NCBI RefSeq assembly: GCF_009914755.1
Contig: NC_060927.1
Length of the DNA stretch: 64,000 nt
Direction: 5' to 3' (one strand)
DNA from: the human T2T-CHM13v2.0 reference genome, Homo sapiens
Shown: piece by piece, positions 45,182-60,050 of the stretch
How the letters are laid out: every line of letters starts with the position of its first letter
Position numbering within the stretch: the first letter of the stretch is position 1
Position numbers and translations under genes: made by a program
The notes under the pieces: generated by a model
Told to the model about the DNA's origin: nothing
Databases searched by the model: none
What the model saw: only the letters and a program-made list of their open reading frames with translations

Positions 45182-45263
45182 CTTCGTAGCACAGAATGCC
45201 GATATTGTTGTTCATCTTGTCCAAGTACTGATAGTTCAACAGGTCCATCTTCATAAATAGCAT
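45182..45263 (-). CDS. VGLL4: VGLL4 coding part of first exon (isoform beginning MLFMKMDLLNYQYLDKMNNNIGILCYE-G)
   Basis: Reverse complement reads ATG CTA TTT ATG AAG ATG GAC ... TGC TAC GAA G|GTAGAT. This is 82 nt with a phase-1 donor. The peptide is recognised as a VGLL4 N-terminus and splices in frame to the exon at 3844. Confidence 0.95.
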
Positions 45264-45750
45264 TTATTGGGCTAGCAAAGAAAACCAGCTCTTTGCTTTT
45301 GCCCCAAAAGAGTTAAGTTTCAAAAATCAATTGTTGCTGAGTAGCTCCTGGCTCTTCAACTTCACAAAGGCAGAGGCCCAGCCTCAGACTATCAAAACAA
45401 AGTATGCAAAAGTTAAAAAAAAAAAAAATCAGGCACAAAAAAATCGAGCTCACACGAAACCCTTCAAGGGCTTACTGGTAGACGGTGTATGTACTGTATC
45501 CCCGATCGAGTATGAAAACAGCGTTTCAGAAGTCCTTACAAGTCCTTCCTGGAAATGGAAAAGAGTGAAAAAGAGAAACGCGCAGCCCGTTTCCTAGGAC
45601 AAAGCGGCGCCGGCCCCTCTCACAGCCCGCTGCAAGCCGGCAGCGCTGACATGAGGGCTATGCTTGGCATGACTCCTATGCCGCCGCTTCCTCTTCCCGC
45701 AGGAGGCCGAGCATGCTCACTGCGCCGCGCTGCCGAGGCAGGGAGGGCTT
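45264..45750 (-). other. VGLL4: VGLL4 5' UTR / first-exon leader (upstream end approximate)
   Basis: Contiguous with the ATG at 45263 and runs into GC/CpG-rich promoter sequence. The TSS cannot be fixed from sequence alone. Confidence 0.65.
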
Positions 45751-46321
45751 CTGCACAGGATCAGCCTCTCAATGTAGCAAGTGTTGGAAAGAAAGAGAAA
45801 GGGGAGGGGGAGAGACTCTAGAGACGGGGCCTTGGCAGAGTGGCTCTTGACAGGAAGCAGCCAAGCCGCTGCAAAACCGTAGGAGGAAAAAAGAAAACCC
45901 AGGAAGTTTCTTTTTCAGGAGCTAAGTACAAAGTAAAAAATCCATCATGGAAGCAAACTCCCATGGAATGCAACTTTCGTGAAACTTCATGTTGGGGTTT
46001 CGGAAACCCAAAGTGCTAGTGATGCATAAGCCATATATATATATATAGTGTCTTTGTTTCTTTTAAAGATTGTTTTATAATATCCATTTACACTTTAACT
46101 GGATATTTAAATTTCTGATGTTAATGTTACATATAGCTTCTTCCATAATCCCCATAACAACTGAGATGGACAGGGCAAGGAGGGTATCACCCTTTCACAG
46201 CAGAGGAAACAGGTTCAGATGGATTAAATGACTGGCCCACAGCCCCCAAAATAGTTGACAGAACTACTTTTAAAGTGTTTTTTCCCACCTAATGTTATAA
46301 TTTTATTTAAAAAAACGAGGG

Positions 46322-46678
<357 letters not shown>

Positions 46679-47053
46679 TCAAAAATTAAAAGTGTACTTG
46701 AAATTATAGAGGGAAAGGGTAAAATTATTTTCATTTGGCATGTATGACACCCACCTGTGTGTAAGAAGCTAGTGGCATGCAGCTGTACTATTTGCTATTG
46801 GAAGAACTTGGGGCTTAAACTTTGATTACCCAGTGCCTAGCACAACCAAGTTCAGGTGCCCAAAAACTGTTTACTGAACGAGTGAACCACTGAATGTTCA
46901 GTTTTCAGCACATCAAGAACGTGTTAACAAAATAGAAAAAAAAAAAAAAAAACTAAACATTTGAATTACTATTCTAAAAATATATTTTTAATATTCCAAA
47001 ATAATATTTGAATAAATAATTTGAAGGAGTTGTATGTTAAAAATCCAGCAATA

Positions 47054-47365
<312 letters not shown>

Positions 47366-47429
47366 TCCAGCAATAGTTGCATTGGGTTTATTAGGCACAC
47401 TCATGGCAAGGTGTTCTAATGAAATCTTA

Positions 47430-47753
<324 letters not shown>

Positions 47754-48139
47754 CTAAATACTAAATACTGTTGCCGTCATTGCTGCAACAGTAATCACTG
47801 GGGTGACATCAGGGGAAGTAAGTAATAGGGGAATCAAGATTTCACAAGCTTTCATTTATAAGAATATTTATTGACACTATATTACATGTAATAAGCTATA
47901 GTGAAAGATATGTATCCTATCAATTGTAATTAAAATACTTAATGGTATTTGGTGGGGAGGGTTGAAGAAAACTCAAAACTCGTAACATCCAGTATACATG
48001 AGATCATTGCACTGAAAACAAACAATATCAGGTATCAGATTTAAATTTAACTGATAGTTTTGGAGTACTCTTACTGTGCTACGTTTTTACATAAATTCTC
48101 AATCAGAAAACTTTATCCATCATTATCCCACATGGGAGA

Positions 48140-48290
48140 GAGGTGGCTGCACATTAGAACCAGGGGGGAGCTTTTAAAAATCTTGCTGCTGAGGTTGCAT
48201 CCCCAACTCATCTGAGGTGGGAACTAGCAGCAGTAGCTTCTAAAGTCCCAGGTGATTCCAATATGCAGTCAAGGTTGAGAACCATTGCTT
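48140..48290. mobile_element. MER5A-like DNA transposon
   Basis: ggctgcacattagaacc...ccaggtgattccaatatgcagtcaaggttgagaacc. Confidence 0.7.
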
Positions 48291-49179
48291 TCATCTAGGG
48301 AGGAAAAAAAAAAAAACCCTGCCTTAAGATATTTCATTTTATTCACTTATTTTGACATGAAGAATTTTTTTAATAGTAATTTAAGCAAATGATTCAAACA
48401 ATACCATTGTAGAAAATGAATAAAATATTTGGTAACGTCCCTTAAGGGACACAGCATCACTTAGAACAGCAGTTCTCAGCCTCCGGGTGGCAACCATTTT
48501 CGTGGACACCGTCTCACAGGTCTACCTTGACTATTGTAACATTCCCAGCCACAGCCACCACGTCTTTCCCGCTGATCCGGGAGGCTAGCACGGTGCTACC
48601 CAAGTGTGATCCAGAGGGGTTCGAGCACCAGGTGTTCCTAGTCCCCAAAAGCTAGATACAGAAACTGAGAATGAACATTTAAAACTTTTATAGCAATTCG
48701 ATAGACTAATTTTATGTCTCTCAAATCTTAATATTAAAGAAATTTGAGGGCTGTAGTTTTCGTATTTCTAGTTATAGGGCTGCATTACATTTTATAAACT
48801 ATCAGTCTGCAACAAAGTCTTGGGGAAAAATGAAACAAACCTGGTTTCACAGAGAAGCTTGTGCTCCAGAGGGGCCAGCTACAACAGCCCGCCTCTGCAG
48901 GCTGGGAGCGCCTCCTGGACCGGCTCTAGGCCTTTCCATCCCAGCTCCTGACAACTTTCACCTTAGTTTCAAGCACACTGGATGACCTGCAGTGAGTTAT
49001 TCCACAAAGCACATCAGTATGCTTCTCGGTGTGCAGGACGTCTCTTCTTTCCCAACCTGTCTACTCAGCAAACATCCACTCTTCCTTGAGACTTGTCAGA
49101 AAGCCCCTCTTGTCCTGTGAAATCTCCCTACGATCCCATCCTACCATCTCCTCACACCCTACACCAAGCTATCCTTTTA

Positions 49180-49418
49180 CAGGGTAAGTAGTCCTTATCC
49201 AAAATACTTGGACCAGAAGTGTTTTGGATTTCGGACCTTCTTGGATTTTGGAATATTTGCATTATACTTACCAGTTGAGCATCTCTAATTTTAAAGTCTG
49301 AAATCTGAAATGCTCCAATATGAGCATTTTCACCTGAATGTTGTGTCAGCACTCAACACTGTTCAGATTTTGGAGCATTTTTCATTTCAGATTTTTGGAT
49401 TAGGACGCTCAACCCATA
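49180..49418. mobile_element. MER46A/Tigger4a-like DNA transposon
   Basis: ccttatccaaaatacttggaccagaagtgttttggatttcgg...ttttggagcatt...ctcaacc. Confidence 0.75.
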
Positions 49419-49959
49419 CCTTATATGTGCTTCTTTCCTAGCCTAGATCTTCGGAGCAAGGACTATGCCTTCCTCACCTTTTCGAGGTCAGTCTGGCAGA
49501 AGCCTGGCGCATGGTAGGCCATCAATAAATACCAGCTGAATAAAATCAGTAAACATCTAAACGGCAGATTCTTCATTTCCCCATCCCTACTTCCAGCACA
49601 CTCTGGATTATCTTACTCGATGTCATTAGGTGGCTGTCAACATCTCTTGGAGACCACAGGTCCTTGCCTTTAAGAAACACCATGTAGATTCTGATTGTAC
49701 TTCAGGGTACAATCAGCTCATCCATAAAAAAAAAAAAAAATACTAGAAAATATCAGTCCTTCTCAGATTCATTCATAGGATAATATATTCATAATTAAAG
49801 TAGCAACAGGATAGTTTTGTAGGGAATTGGAAAGATGGGTCTAAATTTTATCCACACACACAAATGAGATGGGAAAAGCTAGTTCTTTTTCTACGAATGA
49901 ATAAGTTTGATCTATCAAATATTTAAAACATAAAGCAAAGAACATATTTTGGAGTGTTA

Positions 49960-51150
49960 CTGGGTAGAGACTAGGTAGGACCAGACAGATACTGTGGATA
50001 TAGGAATCAGAAATCCAGGCCAATGGGGAAGAAGTGGATTACAAAACAAACATTACTGAGAAAAGAATCCAGATAGCACTTTGCCTTATACTGTACATCA
50101 AAATAAATCCCAAATGTTTTAAAGATTATTTAGATGCTTTTAAAGTAAGGTTTTTGCTGCAAAAACTTACAAAACTATAAGGATATGTTCAGACTATCTG
50201 ATGTGGAATAGGAAAACATTTGCTAAGCCAGAAATAAAATTTTTAATCAAAGACAGAAGCCACCAAGGAAGATGTAGAATTTGATTGAGAATACAGATTT
50301 TATGCTTTTATACATCTAAAAACACCAAAACCAAGTAAAGGCAAAATACAAAACTGAAGAATATATTTGTGTCATATATTACAGTGAAGGATAAATGTTC
50401 TTGGTATTCAAAGAACATTTAAAAATAGAAAGAACAAAGGAAAAAATTGAAAAACCACTTGATCTGAATAACATTTTTTAAGAGCATGAGAAACAAATGG
50501 CCAACACATTTTTGAAAAACTATTCAACCTTACTAATAATCAAAGAAATATAAATTTTAAGTGATTTTCCAGCTACCAATTTAACAAAAAGACTTTTTCA
50601 ATCTTATTTCTTGCTGGTGAAACAGGATGCCATTGGAATCTTTGCTCACTGCTAATGCAGTATAAACAGATAACGCCTGTGTATAAAGCAGGTTGGCACA
50701 CACTAGACTGTTTCATGAAAAATGTCCATGCCTTTGTCCTTGCCTTGGACTCTACTTCTAGACTTCTGTCTTAAGAAAATAAGATTTGAAGAGTTTCATA
50801 AAGATGCTTATCATACAGCTATGTGTAAAATGAAAACCTGAAAACCTAAAGTCCAAATAAAAGGATGCATTAAAACCGTGGCTTATCGATGACAGACTAT
50901 TATGCAGCCATTACAACACCTTCAATAATCTATAATGACATGAGGAAATGCTATGCTATATACTGTGTGACAGTACTACATTTGTTAACTGAAAACAATA
51001 AAAATCGGATATAAAACTAAAACACACATTATTCACCAACTGTGCTAATGTATTTATGAAAACATACATATATATATAGGAAAAAGTATACATTAAAAAG
51101 ACTGGAAAGTATTCCAAAATGTTAATAGTGCCCATCTTTGAATGGTGGGC
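49960..51150 (+). mobile_element. Old L1 (L1ME-like) fragment
   Basis: A-rich degenerate L1 ORF2-end/3'UTR text. Confidence 0.55.
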
Positions 51151-51633
51151 ATTTTTTCCATTTTCCTGAATTTCTAACTAGCCTACAAATAGTTTATTCT
51201 TCCTATAATGAAGATGCGGATAAGGAAAGTTCTTGATTTTTAAAAAGCAGCAACACAATGAAATAATATTCCCTGGTGAGACATAAGCAATGGATATGTA
51301 TATCTTATTATAGCTTACATATCTCATGATATCTCCTTTTGATTTGGGTTTAACAACTTAAAAATAATAAGAATCCAAACATTTCTTTAGAACTTTGGAA
51401 CATTCAAAGATGTTTAAGATGGGGTATCTGTCTCAAAGAGCAAAATTGACAGAGACAGCTCTACACTTGCAGAGCTTATAGACATGTGTACGTGCTTTTT
51501 ATCTTCTACTGCTTACTAATTATGTCATATGTCAGTACCAATTCCCCCAAACTAGACCATAAGCTTCTAGAGGGAAGGAAAGCTAAGCCTCAGTCCTTAG
51601 AGTAAAACTCCCCCACAGCACACAAGTGCTCTA

Positions 51634-51693
51634 TTTGGTTTGGTTTGGTTTGGTTTGGTTTGGTTTGGTTTGGTTTGGTTTGGTTTGGTTTGG
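51634..51693. repeat. (TTTGG)12 pentanucleotide microsatellite forming the tail of an Alu
   Basis: Direct reading. Confidence 0.95.
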
Positions 51694-52065
<372 letters not shown>

Positions 52066-52461
52066 TAATTACTAGGCTGATCTGTTTAATTAGCTAGAGG
52101 TTTGACTACCACTTTAGAATAGATCACCAAAACTGCGAGCTGTGTAATAAAAGCCAAATACTCTTCTATTTAATATCAGCCTGTGGAAAGAAAAGCCAAA
52201 TGATCAAAATCACTCCCCAGACATTTATTTAAAATAAAATGCTTTCATTTGAGCACTTGAAGAGAGGGGAAAGTTTTAATGTTAAGTCTAACATAACATC
52301 TCCAAATACCACATTAGAAAATATGAGTAACCCTACTGCGCTATCTGTTTCCCCTACTGGGTTCCGCTGTGCTCTTCCTCCCAGGGTTTCAAGTAAGCTG
52401 GATATTTAGTTAATACTTTCATTTTAAAGTGCTTTTTTTCTCTTCTTGCTACACATAGAAA

Positions 52462-52495
52462 ACACACACACACACACACACACACAGACACACAC
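52462..52495. repeat. (CA)n microsatellite
   Basis: Direct reading. Confidence 0.9.
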
Positions 52496-52805
52496 TTTAA
52501 CCTGATGTAAATAATATTCAAAACAGACCTTACTAATAACAAGAAAATAAGTTTGACTATTCCTTGAGCTAAAGCATCAGTTAAACAATAAGTTGGAGGT
52601 GCAAAACTGTCATGTTTCAGAGGATCTCTAGGTCCGTCGCAATTTACCAGCACATTCCTCAGTGTACTAAGAACAGTACCAATGATGATGATGATGGTGG
52701 TGTTTGTAAAACACTACACTGGTCAACACATTTTTGCTTCGTAATCTACTTAATTTAATTACTAAGACAAGGTTGTAAGAAGGAAAGCATAGAAAAGGGT
52801 TTAAG

Positions 52806-53112
<307 letters not shown>

Positions 53113-54155
53113 AGGGTTTAAGGTAAAACCTAGCATTGAGTAATAAAAAAGGAAGACTTAAGAAACCAAACTTTCTTTTCTTTTAAACATTGTTTAGAAT
53201 GCAAATTCCTTAAAGGCCTAGCTGAATTACCAACCCCCCGCCCCCACCAAGAACCATTAGCTAGGATTAATCTCTTCATCCTGCATTATTTTAGGTTTAT
53301 TCTATACTTCATTCTAAAACAAAGCAGACTATAAGATAGTTTCTGTGTCTGTCCCCTACCATATTATAAAGACTGCTTTGTACACGGTAGGTCAACAACT
53401 AAGCTGCTGAATTAAAGGAGAAACCAAAACAAAACAAACTTCAAATGCCTTAAATATCAATGACGTACAGTAAGTACCAGGGAGTAGCTGATTTAAAAAA
53501 AAAAAAAATCAGCGACATAAACCAAATATCTAATAAGCTCCCTTTGTTGTTACTTTCTTTTAAGAATTCCTAAATATATCATAAAATAGTGATTATTTAT
53601 ACAACTTGGGGCTGCTCAAGGATGATTTTTTTAAAAGGACAGTATTTTGTGGAATTTTTCACAAAAGCAAATATCATTAAACTATGTCTTAGATTTTATT
53701 ATTTACAAAATACTACCATTTGTAAGTTAAAACACACTCAACTTCTATTAAGTAGCGACTGATCATTCTCTGTAATATAAGATTTTAACACAAATCTATG
53801 GACTTTTCAAAAACTTTAAATGGGTCTTCAGATCATATTTAAATTTTCAATACAACACCACCCTCTAGGGGTGAACTTTAAATTACAAAGACCATTTTGA
53901 AAAAGCAAACTGCAGAATTCGTGCTATTCTTGCCTGATGTGCATTATATTTCAAATACAAAAATAAACCTTATTTTATTTAATATTAAAATTCATAGAAA
54001 ATATCTTTTAACAAATAGTTTAATTCTTACTAAACTCTGCAAAAGTTAAAACAAAATACAAAATCAATTAAATTGATGCCAAGTGATTAAATAGGAAATG
54101 TGCTTTCACATAAATTTAACCTTAATAATCCTAAAAAGTGCAGACTGGGAATGGT

Positions 54156-54441
54156 GTTTTTTGTTTTTTTGTTTTTTTGACATGGAGTCTAACTCTGTTG
54201 CCCAGGCTGGAGTGCAGTGGCGCGATGTCTGCTCACTGGCAACTTCTGCCCCCCGGGTTCAAGCGATTCTCCTGCCTCAGCCTCCAAAGTAGCTGGGATA
54301 ACAGGCACGTGCCACCACGCCCGGGTAATTTTTGTATTTTTATTAGAGATGGGGTTTCACCATGTTGGACAGGTTGGTCTCGAACTCCTGACCTCAAGTG
54401 ATCCGCCCATCTCAGCCTCCCAAAGTACTGGGACTACAGGC
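54156..54441 (-). mobile_element. AluS
   Basis: Alu body, TSD ggaatggtgtttt. Confidence 0.85.
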
Positions 54442-55019
54442 TAAGGAATGGTGTTTTAAATAAATCAGAATAAATCAGTGCGAGGGAAGGGAATTTAATT
54501 AGATTAGCATCCCCAAGAAAAGAGAAATCTCTTGCAAAACACTTTAACTTGTTAGTTTTACAACTACTGTCTTACATGTTTGACAATACAAATATTTTCT
54601 TGCATGTTTACATACATGATTATTTTAGTGATTTTCGCTACTACAACCAATTTAGGTTCAGTAAGTCCCATTCAAAGAACATTCACAATTAAAACGCTAT
54701 TCTGATATTCACTTTGTACCAAGTCATAATTACCCATAGATGTATTCCTGCAAGATTGACTAGAACTGACTTCCATGGTAAAAATAGAAGAACTGGAGAA
54801 AATGTCCCAAATATTCAACAACTGAAGGGCTAAGTTCGCTGCTAGCCCCAATGTGTGACCCAACTTCATTTCACAGGTCAGTCTGCCTGCACAGTGCTTC
54901 ATTCATTATGCAGCACGCTAAGCACCTCCACAGTCATCCTTCCAACCAGTTAGGGTGCCGTCCAGGAAAGAGAAATCATGGCTGTTATTTATATAGGGAG
55001 AATTTTAATGTATCCCACC

Positions 55020-55600
55020 TCCACCTATTCCTTCTTCCAGTAACTACCCCCATAGGGTAACTTACTATCCTAACCTTTAAGAACGTAGATCAGTTGTATA
55101 ACACTTTATAGAAAGAGAATCGTATGATGCTAGCTACTCTTGTGGCTGGATTCCTTCACTCCACATATTTTATGAGTGGTAGCATTATTTTTATGTGCAG
55201 TTGCATAGCATTCATTTGCATTGCTGTCTAGTACTCCATTACTCCAATATATCGCAGATCCTTCATTCTACCACTGATGGGCATTTAGGTAGTTTCTACC
55301 TGGGGGTTATTATAAATAGTGCTGCTATGAATATTCTAGTGTGTGTCTCTTATCAGCCTCGGAATGCATTTCTGTCGCACATGTACTCAGAAGCAGATAC
55401 GCAGAAAGTGTATGTTCAGCTTAAGTAAATATTGCCAAATAGTTTTCCACAGCAGTTGTACCCGTTTATACTCCTACCAGCAGGGTATGAGATTTCAAGT
55501 TGCTCCACATCCTTGCCAACAGTTTTCCAACTCTTTCATTCCTGTTATTCTGGTAGGTCTGGAGCAGCCACACTACGACTTTACTTCGCACTTCTCTGAT
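55020..55600 (-). mobile_element. L1ME-like fragment
   Basis: cattctaccactgatgggcatttaggtagtttc...gctgctatgaatattct...ttgctccacatccttgccaac. Confidence 0.75.
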
Positions 55601-55682
55601 GGACAGTAAGAACTCTGTGACACTTGTAGCAGGCAGAGGGATAGAATTCACCCGAGACAACACAGAGGGAAGGGCCCCGGCC

Positions 55683-55892
55683 AGAGGCTCTCAACCAAGG
55701 AGATTCTGCCCTCCTCAGGAGACATCTGGCAATGTCTGGTTATTTCAAATTTGGGGGTGTTGTTAACATCTAGTGGTTAGGAGCCAGGGATGCTGCCAAA
55801 CATCCTACAATGCATAGGACACCCCCCACCACCACCACCACAACAAAGCATTATTTGGCAAAAGTGACAATAATGCCACAAATCAAGAAACC
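55683..55892. mobile_element. MER20
   Basis: gacatctggcaatgtctgg...catctagtgg...gccagggatgctgccaaacatcctacaatgcataggac. Confidence 0.8.
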
Positions 55893-58800
55893 CAAATCAA
55901 GCAAATCATTATTGGGCATTTTCTCCTTAGCCAAATCATCATTCTCTGATACAGCACAAGAGGTCAATGTCCTATTGTCTTAAAATGTTATTTTTCCTAG
56001 AGTTGAGGGGATAGAAAGACAACAAAGGATACTAAGTGCCACACTCCATGGCACAGTGCATATCTTCTGCATATCCTGTTTCTTTCTCAGTTCTCGCGAC
56101 AATGCGGAGATGAGGAAACAGATACCAAGCAGGCTCCTTGGCTCCTCTAAACTCACGCAAAGAGCAGCAGAGCTGGGACCAGAAGCTGTGATTTTCCACT
56201 GCACCCAGGGTCTTACTTTTAACTAAAAATAAGGGGAGTTTTTAGAGTCCACAATTCCTGTTAACTTGCAAGGCATGAATTTTACCTTATTAGCTTTGCA
56301 AAAGGCAGGCAAATAAAACGAGGTATGAGAAAAAGATCATTTGCAATGTTAAGATTATTAACCTGCACCTGTAAGTATCTTAAAATATTTCAACAAATCC
56401 ACCTTCCTCATCACACGGTGATCTCTTTGAAATGAAACCCATACCATATTTTTCTTTGTCTATGCCCAATACCTGTAAGAGCAGGCATTCAACAGTTAAC
56501 ATGTCCTGGATTAATTACTGGCCTGAAACCCCAGTGAGAGAAGACAGAATCTTTATAAAACAAGCAGGTGGTTTAGATTTTATTTCATCACCAACACAAC
56601 TATATTTAGTAACATTAACTAGAATAAACGGTTTTTGTTGAAAAATATTCAATTAAGTCAAATAATGGCCAATACCACAAAATTCTTTTTGAAATGCAAA
56701 CAATTCAATTTTTCCAAGGATGAGTTTGCCAGCATTACCTTATCCTCCTGTGGATCTTCTATTTGAGGCTTCTATTTGTGAGGCCATTGGCATTATTAGG
56801 GCCAACAGAAATCCACCCACTATTAGAGCAGTTTTGAACCGTGGCCATACATTACAATCACCCAGGAGGTTTTGAAAGCCATGGGTGTCCAGGAGGATAA
56901 TTTGGTAAATCTGCAGTAGATGAATTTTGAATTTACACCCAGGAAATAACTACACTTAGCAGTATCGTTTGAAAATAGCTACCCACGTAATTTTTGCAAG
57001 CTCCCCTCCCCTTAGGGGTCAGGACCACTACCCTGGAGATTCTGAACTGAACTGAGGAGGGCACCTGGCTGCTTTTCATACCCACCAGAGTTCAACATCC
57101 CAATGAGTTAGTTGCTCGTGGGCAGGACTAGGGGGCGACGTGAGCCCACCTAACAAACAGCCTGGCTTCCTTCCCACAGGGATGGCACCACCTGGTCATT
57201 TGTATTTAAACAATTCCCATCTGCTTTACACAGAAGGGGCAAACCAAACCCACCACCCCCATTCTCAGCCTATCTTCTTAAATTATCAACACCCAGTAGC
57301 TGGAATAGGACTTGAAATGGATAAACCTACCAACACTTGACTGCAGTGAGCCCAGAAATGGACAAGGCAGGATTTCCTGTTTACCCCACATAGGGTGGGG
57401 AGTGCGGGGACTAAGGGGTCCTAAGAAGAGACAGCATTTGCCGGAGGAAACAGTGGGGTTTCCAGTTTGTGTCTGGTTCCGGCTGGTGGCGGGGGGTTTC
57501 TAGTGACTCGTCTCACTGCATAGGAGCCTGCCCTCAGAGGACGCAGGCAGGTGTCATTTCAGGCCTGTGTACTCCTCTGATGAACGGCCATCTCCCTCCC
57601 ATTCACATCCGTGCTGTTTTGCCTTATCATTGTTTCCCCAGCACCTAACACAAAGCCTGACACTGGTGGGTGACCACTAAACATTTCTTGAAAGAACAAA
57701 TGGGAAGGGAGAGCTCCAGAATCTAAGCTGGGAACAGAGGAAAGCGAGAAGCCTAAAAGAAGGAGCGAACTGAAGAATGAAGGAAGTCAGGAGGGAGCGC
57801 AGGTGCACAGCTTTGTGATGCTCTGCGTGGTTACAATAAAGAGATGATCAAAGTATGATTTCCTGAAGCACATGGTCTATTGCCATACAAAGGCTCATGA
57901 TCCCTAAGGAGGGGAGAATAATGAGAACAGGCCTCCCAGGGAGCACACACGACAGACGAGGTCCATTCACCACACAGGGAGTGCTTCCCAAATATTAAAG
58001 TCCAGTTGCTCACTTAGGATGGAAGCAGGCCTCTGTGGAAAGTGACATCTGATTAAGTTTGAGGTGTGCCTTTTATATGAGTGGTTCTCTCCAGAGATGG
58101 TGTCCAACACAGGGAGGGATCCACGGTGACATATAAGGCCCCCGGAGGCTAGAGGAGTTCCCAGGGGTGCTGGTGTTGGCAGGGCCTTTAGGCTGGAAGG
58201 CTAACAGGCTAGGAGCACCTGAGCTGGGGATCTTTGCAGAAGGGGCTGGCAGAGCTCAGCCTGCTGTGGCTAAGCCCTCAACGTATCTGTCAAACTCTAG
58301 AGCTGAGATGTCCACTGGGGTGCAGTAGCTGAGGTCAGTAACTCCTATAGGGTCTGACAGTGTGTGGTGTCGCATTCTCGAGGGGAGGGAGAGCACACCC
58401 CAAGTTCTCACCACAGCAAAGCAGGCCACTCGCATAGCAAGCCAGGTAAGCACTGGGAGTCACTTCAAAGCTCCATACCATGTGAGAACCAGGGATGGCT
58501 TTGAGAAAGAACTAGGTTTCTAGCCAGGCTCTGAGGACTAGCCACAATCCAGGCTCTCAGAGAAGCAAGATGACTGTGACCCCAGCAACAACGAAGCACG
58601 GCCCTGGTCAGGCATTCAGATGCCAGGAAAGAGAAGAGGGGGTCTGGAAAGGAAGGACTGACCCGAGGAGGAGAGGACTGTCCTAAGAGCGTCTGCAGGG
58701 AGGCTGGGAGTAGGCAGCAAGGAGGTAAGGAAGGCCAGCCTGGAGCTGAGAGCAGTGACGGGCCTCCCAAGCTGAGCCCTCTGTACTCTTCACACTGCTT

Positions 58801-59660
58801 TCTAGCAAAAAGAGCACTGGATACAGAGTCAGAAAAATCCAGTTCCCAGGCCATAACCTTTGCTAGCCATGCAATCTTCATCAAGTGATTCCACCTCTCT
58901 AAGCTTGGATGTCCATCTCGGCAGCCTCTGTGTTGTCTGCCCGAGCCCTAAAATCCAAGGACTCCGATCATTCCTCTTTTCCCTCTCCACTCTTCCCCAC
59001 CCAACCACAGGCCGCCATTCACTGCAATCTCAAGACAGAATGTCATGTTTTATAGAATACACAACGGTAACTGGTATTTCTAGGAGGGTTGGCTCCTGGG
59101 TTTATGCTGTTTTTCTTACAAATGTGGCAAGCAAATGAGAGCTTCACCTCCCAAGACAAAAAAATAAAAAAGAGACATTTTAATCTTAACAATGGGCATG
59201 AAGAATACTGTTTGGCTCATTTTCCTGCTGGTCTGAATTAACAATAACAATTACAGGGAACAATGGTGAGAGGACTTAACTAACCCAAAGTTCTCTGTGT
59301 CTCTGGAGAGAACACTGAGGCAAAACAGCTGCTAACTAGGAGGAATCTGGCTTTCTCTTCCGTAAAATGAAGAGATCTAAAACTCCTGGCTGTCACTAGT
59401 TCTAGGTGAGTCTGGCTACTAGAGGGTTAAGGAGACTAACCCTTTCACCCATAAAAGTTTCAGGTGTAATCCTATTACTTTGGAATGGCTAGCAGTGTTC
59501 TACGAAACTATTCAAGGATTAAGGTTAGAGAATGCCTGTGCCCTATGGTACAGGCTGCCATAAAGAAAATTATGATCCTAGATGCAGTGATGCCAATTTA
59601 CATGGTATCTACATAAATGATTCTTCCAGCTCCCTCTTCTCCATTTTCTCAGTAAAACAA

Positions 59661-60050
<390 letters not shown>

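Larger units (their letters stand above)
44280..45900. promoter_or_regulatory. VGLL4: CpG-island-like promoter region of the VGLL4 MLFMK isoform
   Basis: High GC and many CpGs outside repeats (e.g. 44460-45160, 45570-45740) surrounding the first coding exon. ETS-like GGAAG motifs are present. Confidence 0.8.

Noticed and set aside
56730-56920. Possible upstream VGLL4 exon ending at strong donor AAG|GTAATG (~56738)
   Set aside because: No convincing acceptor or promoter upstream; the region overlaps a MER5-like fossil
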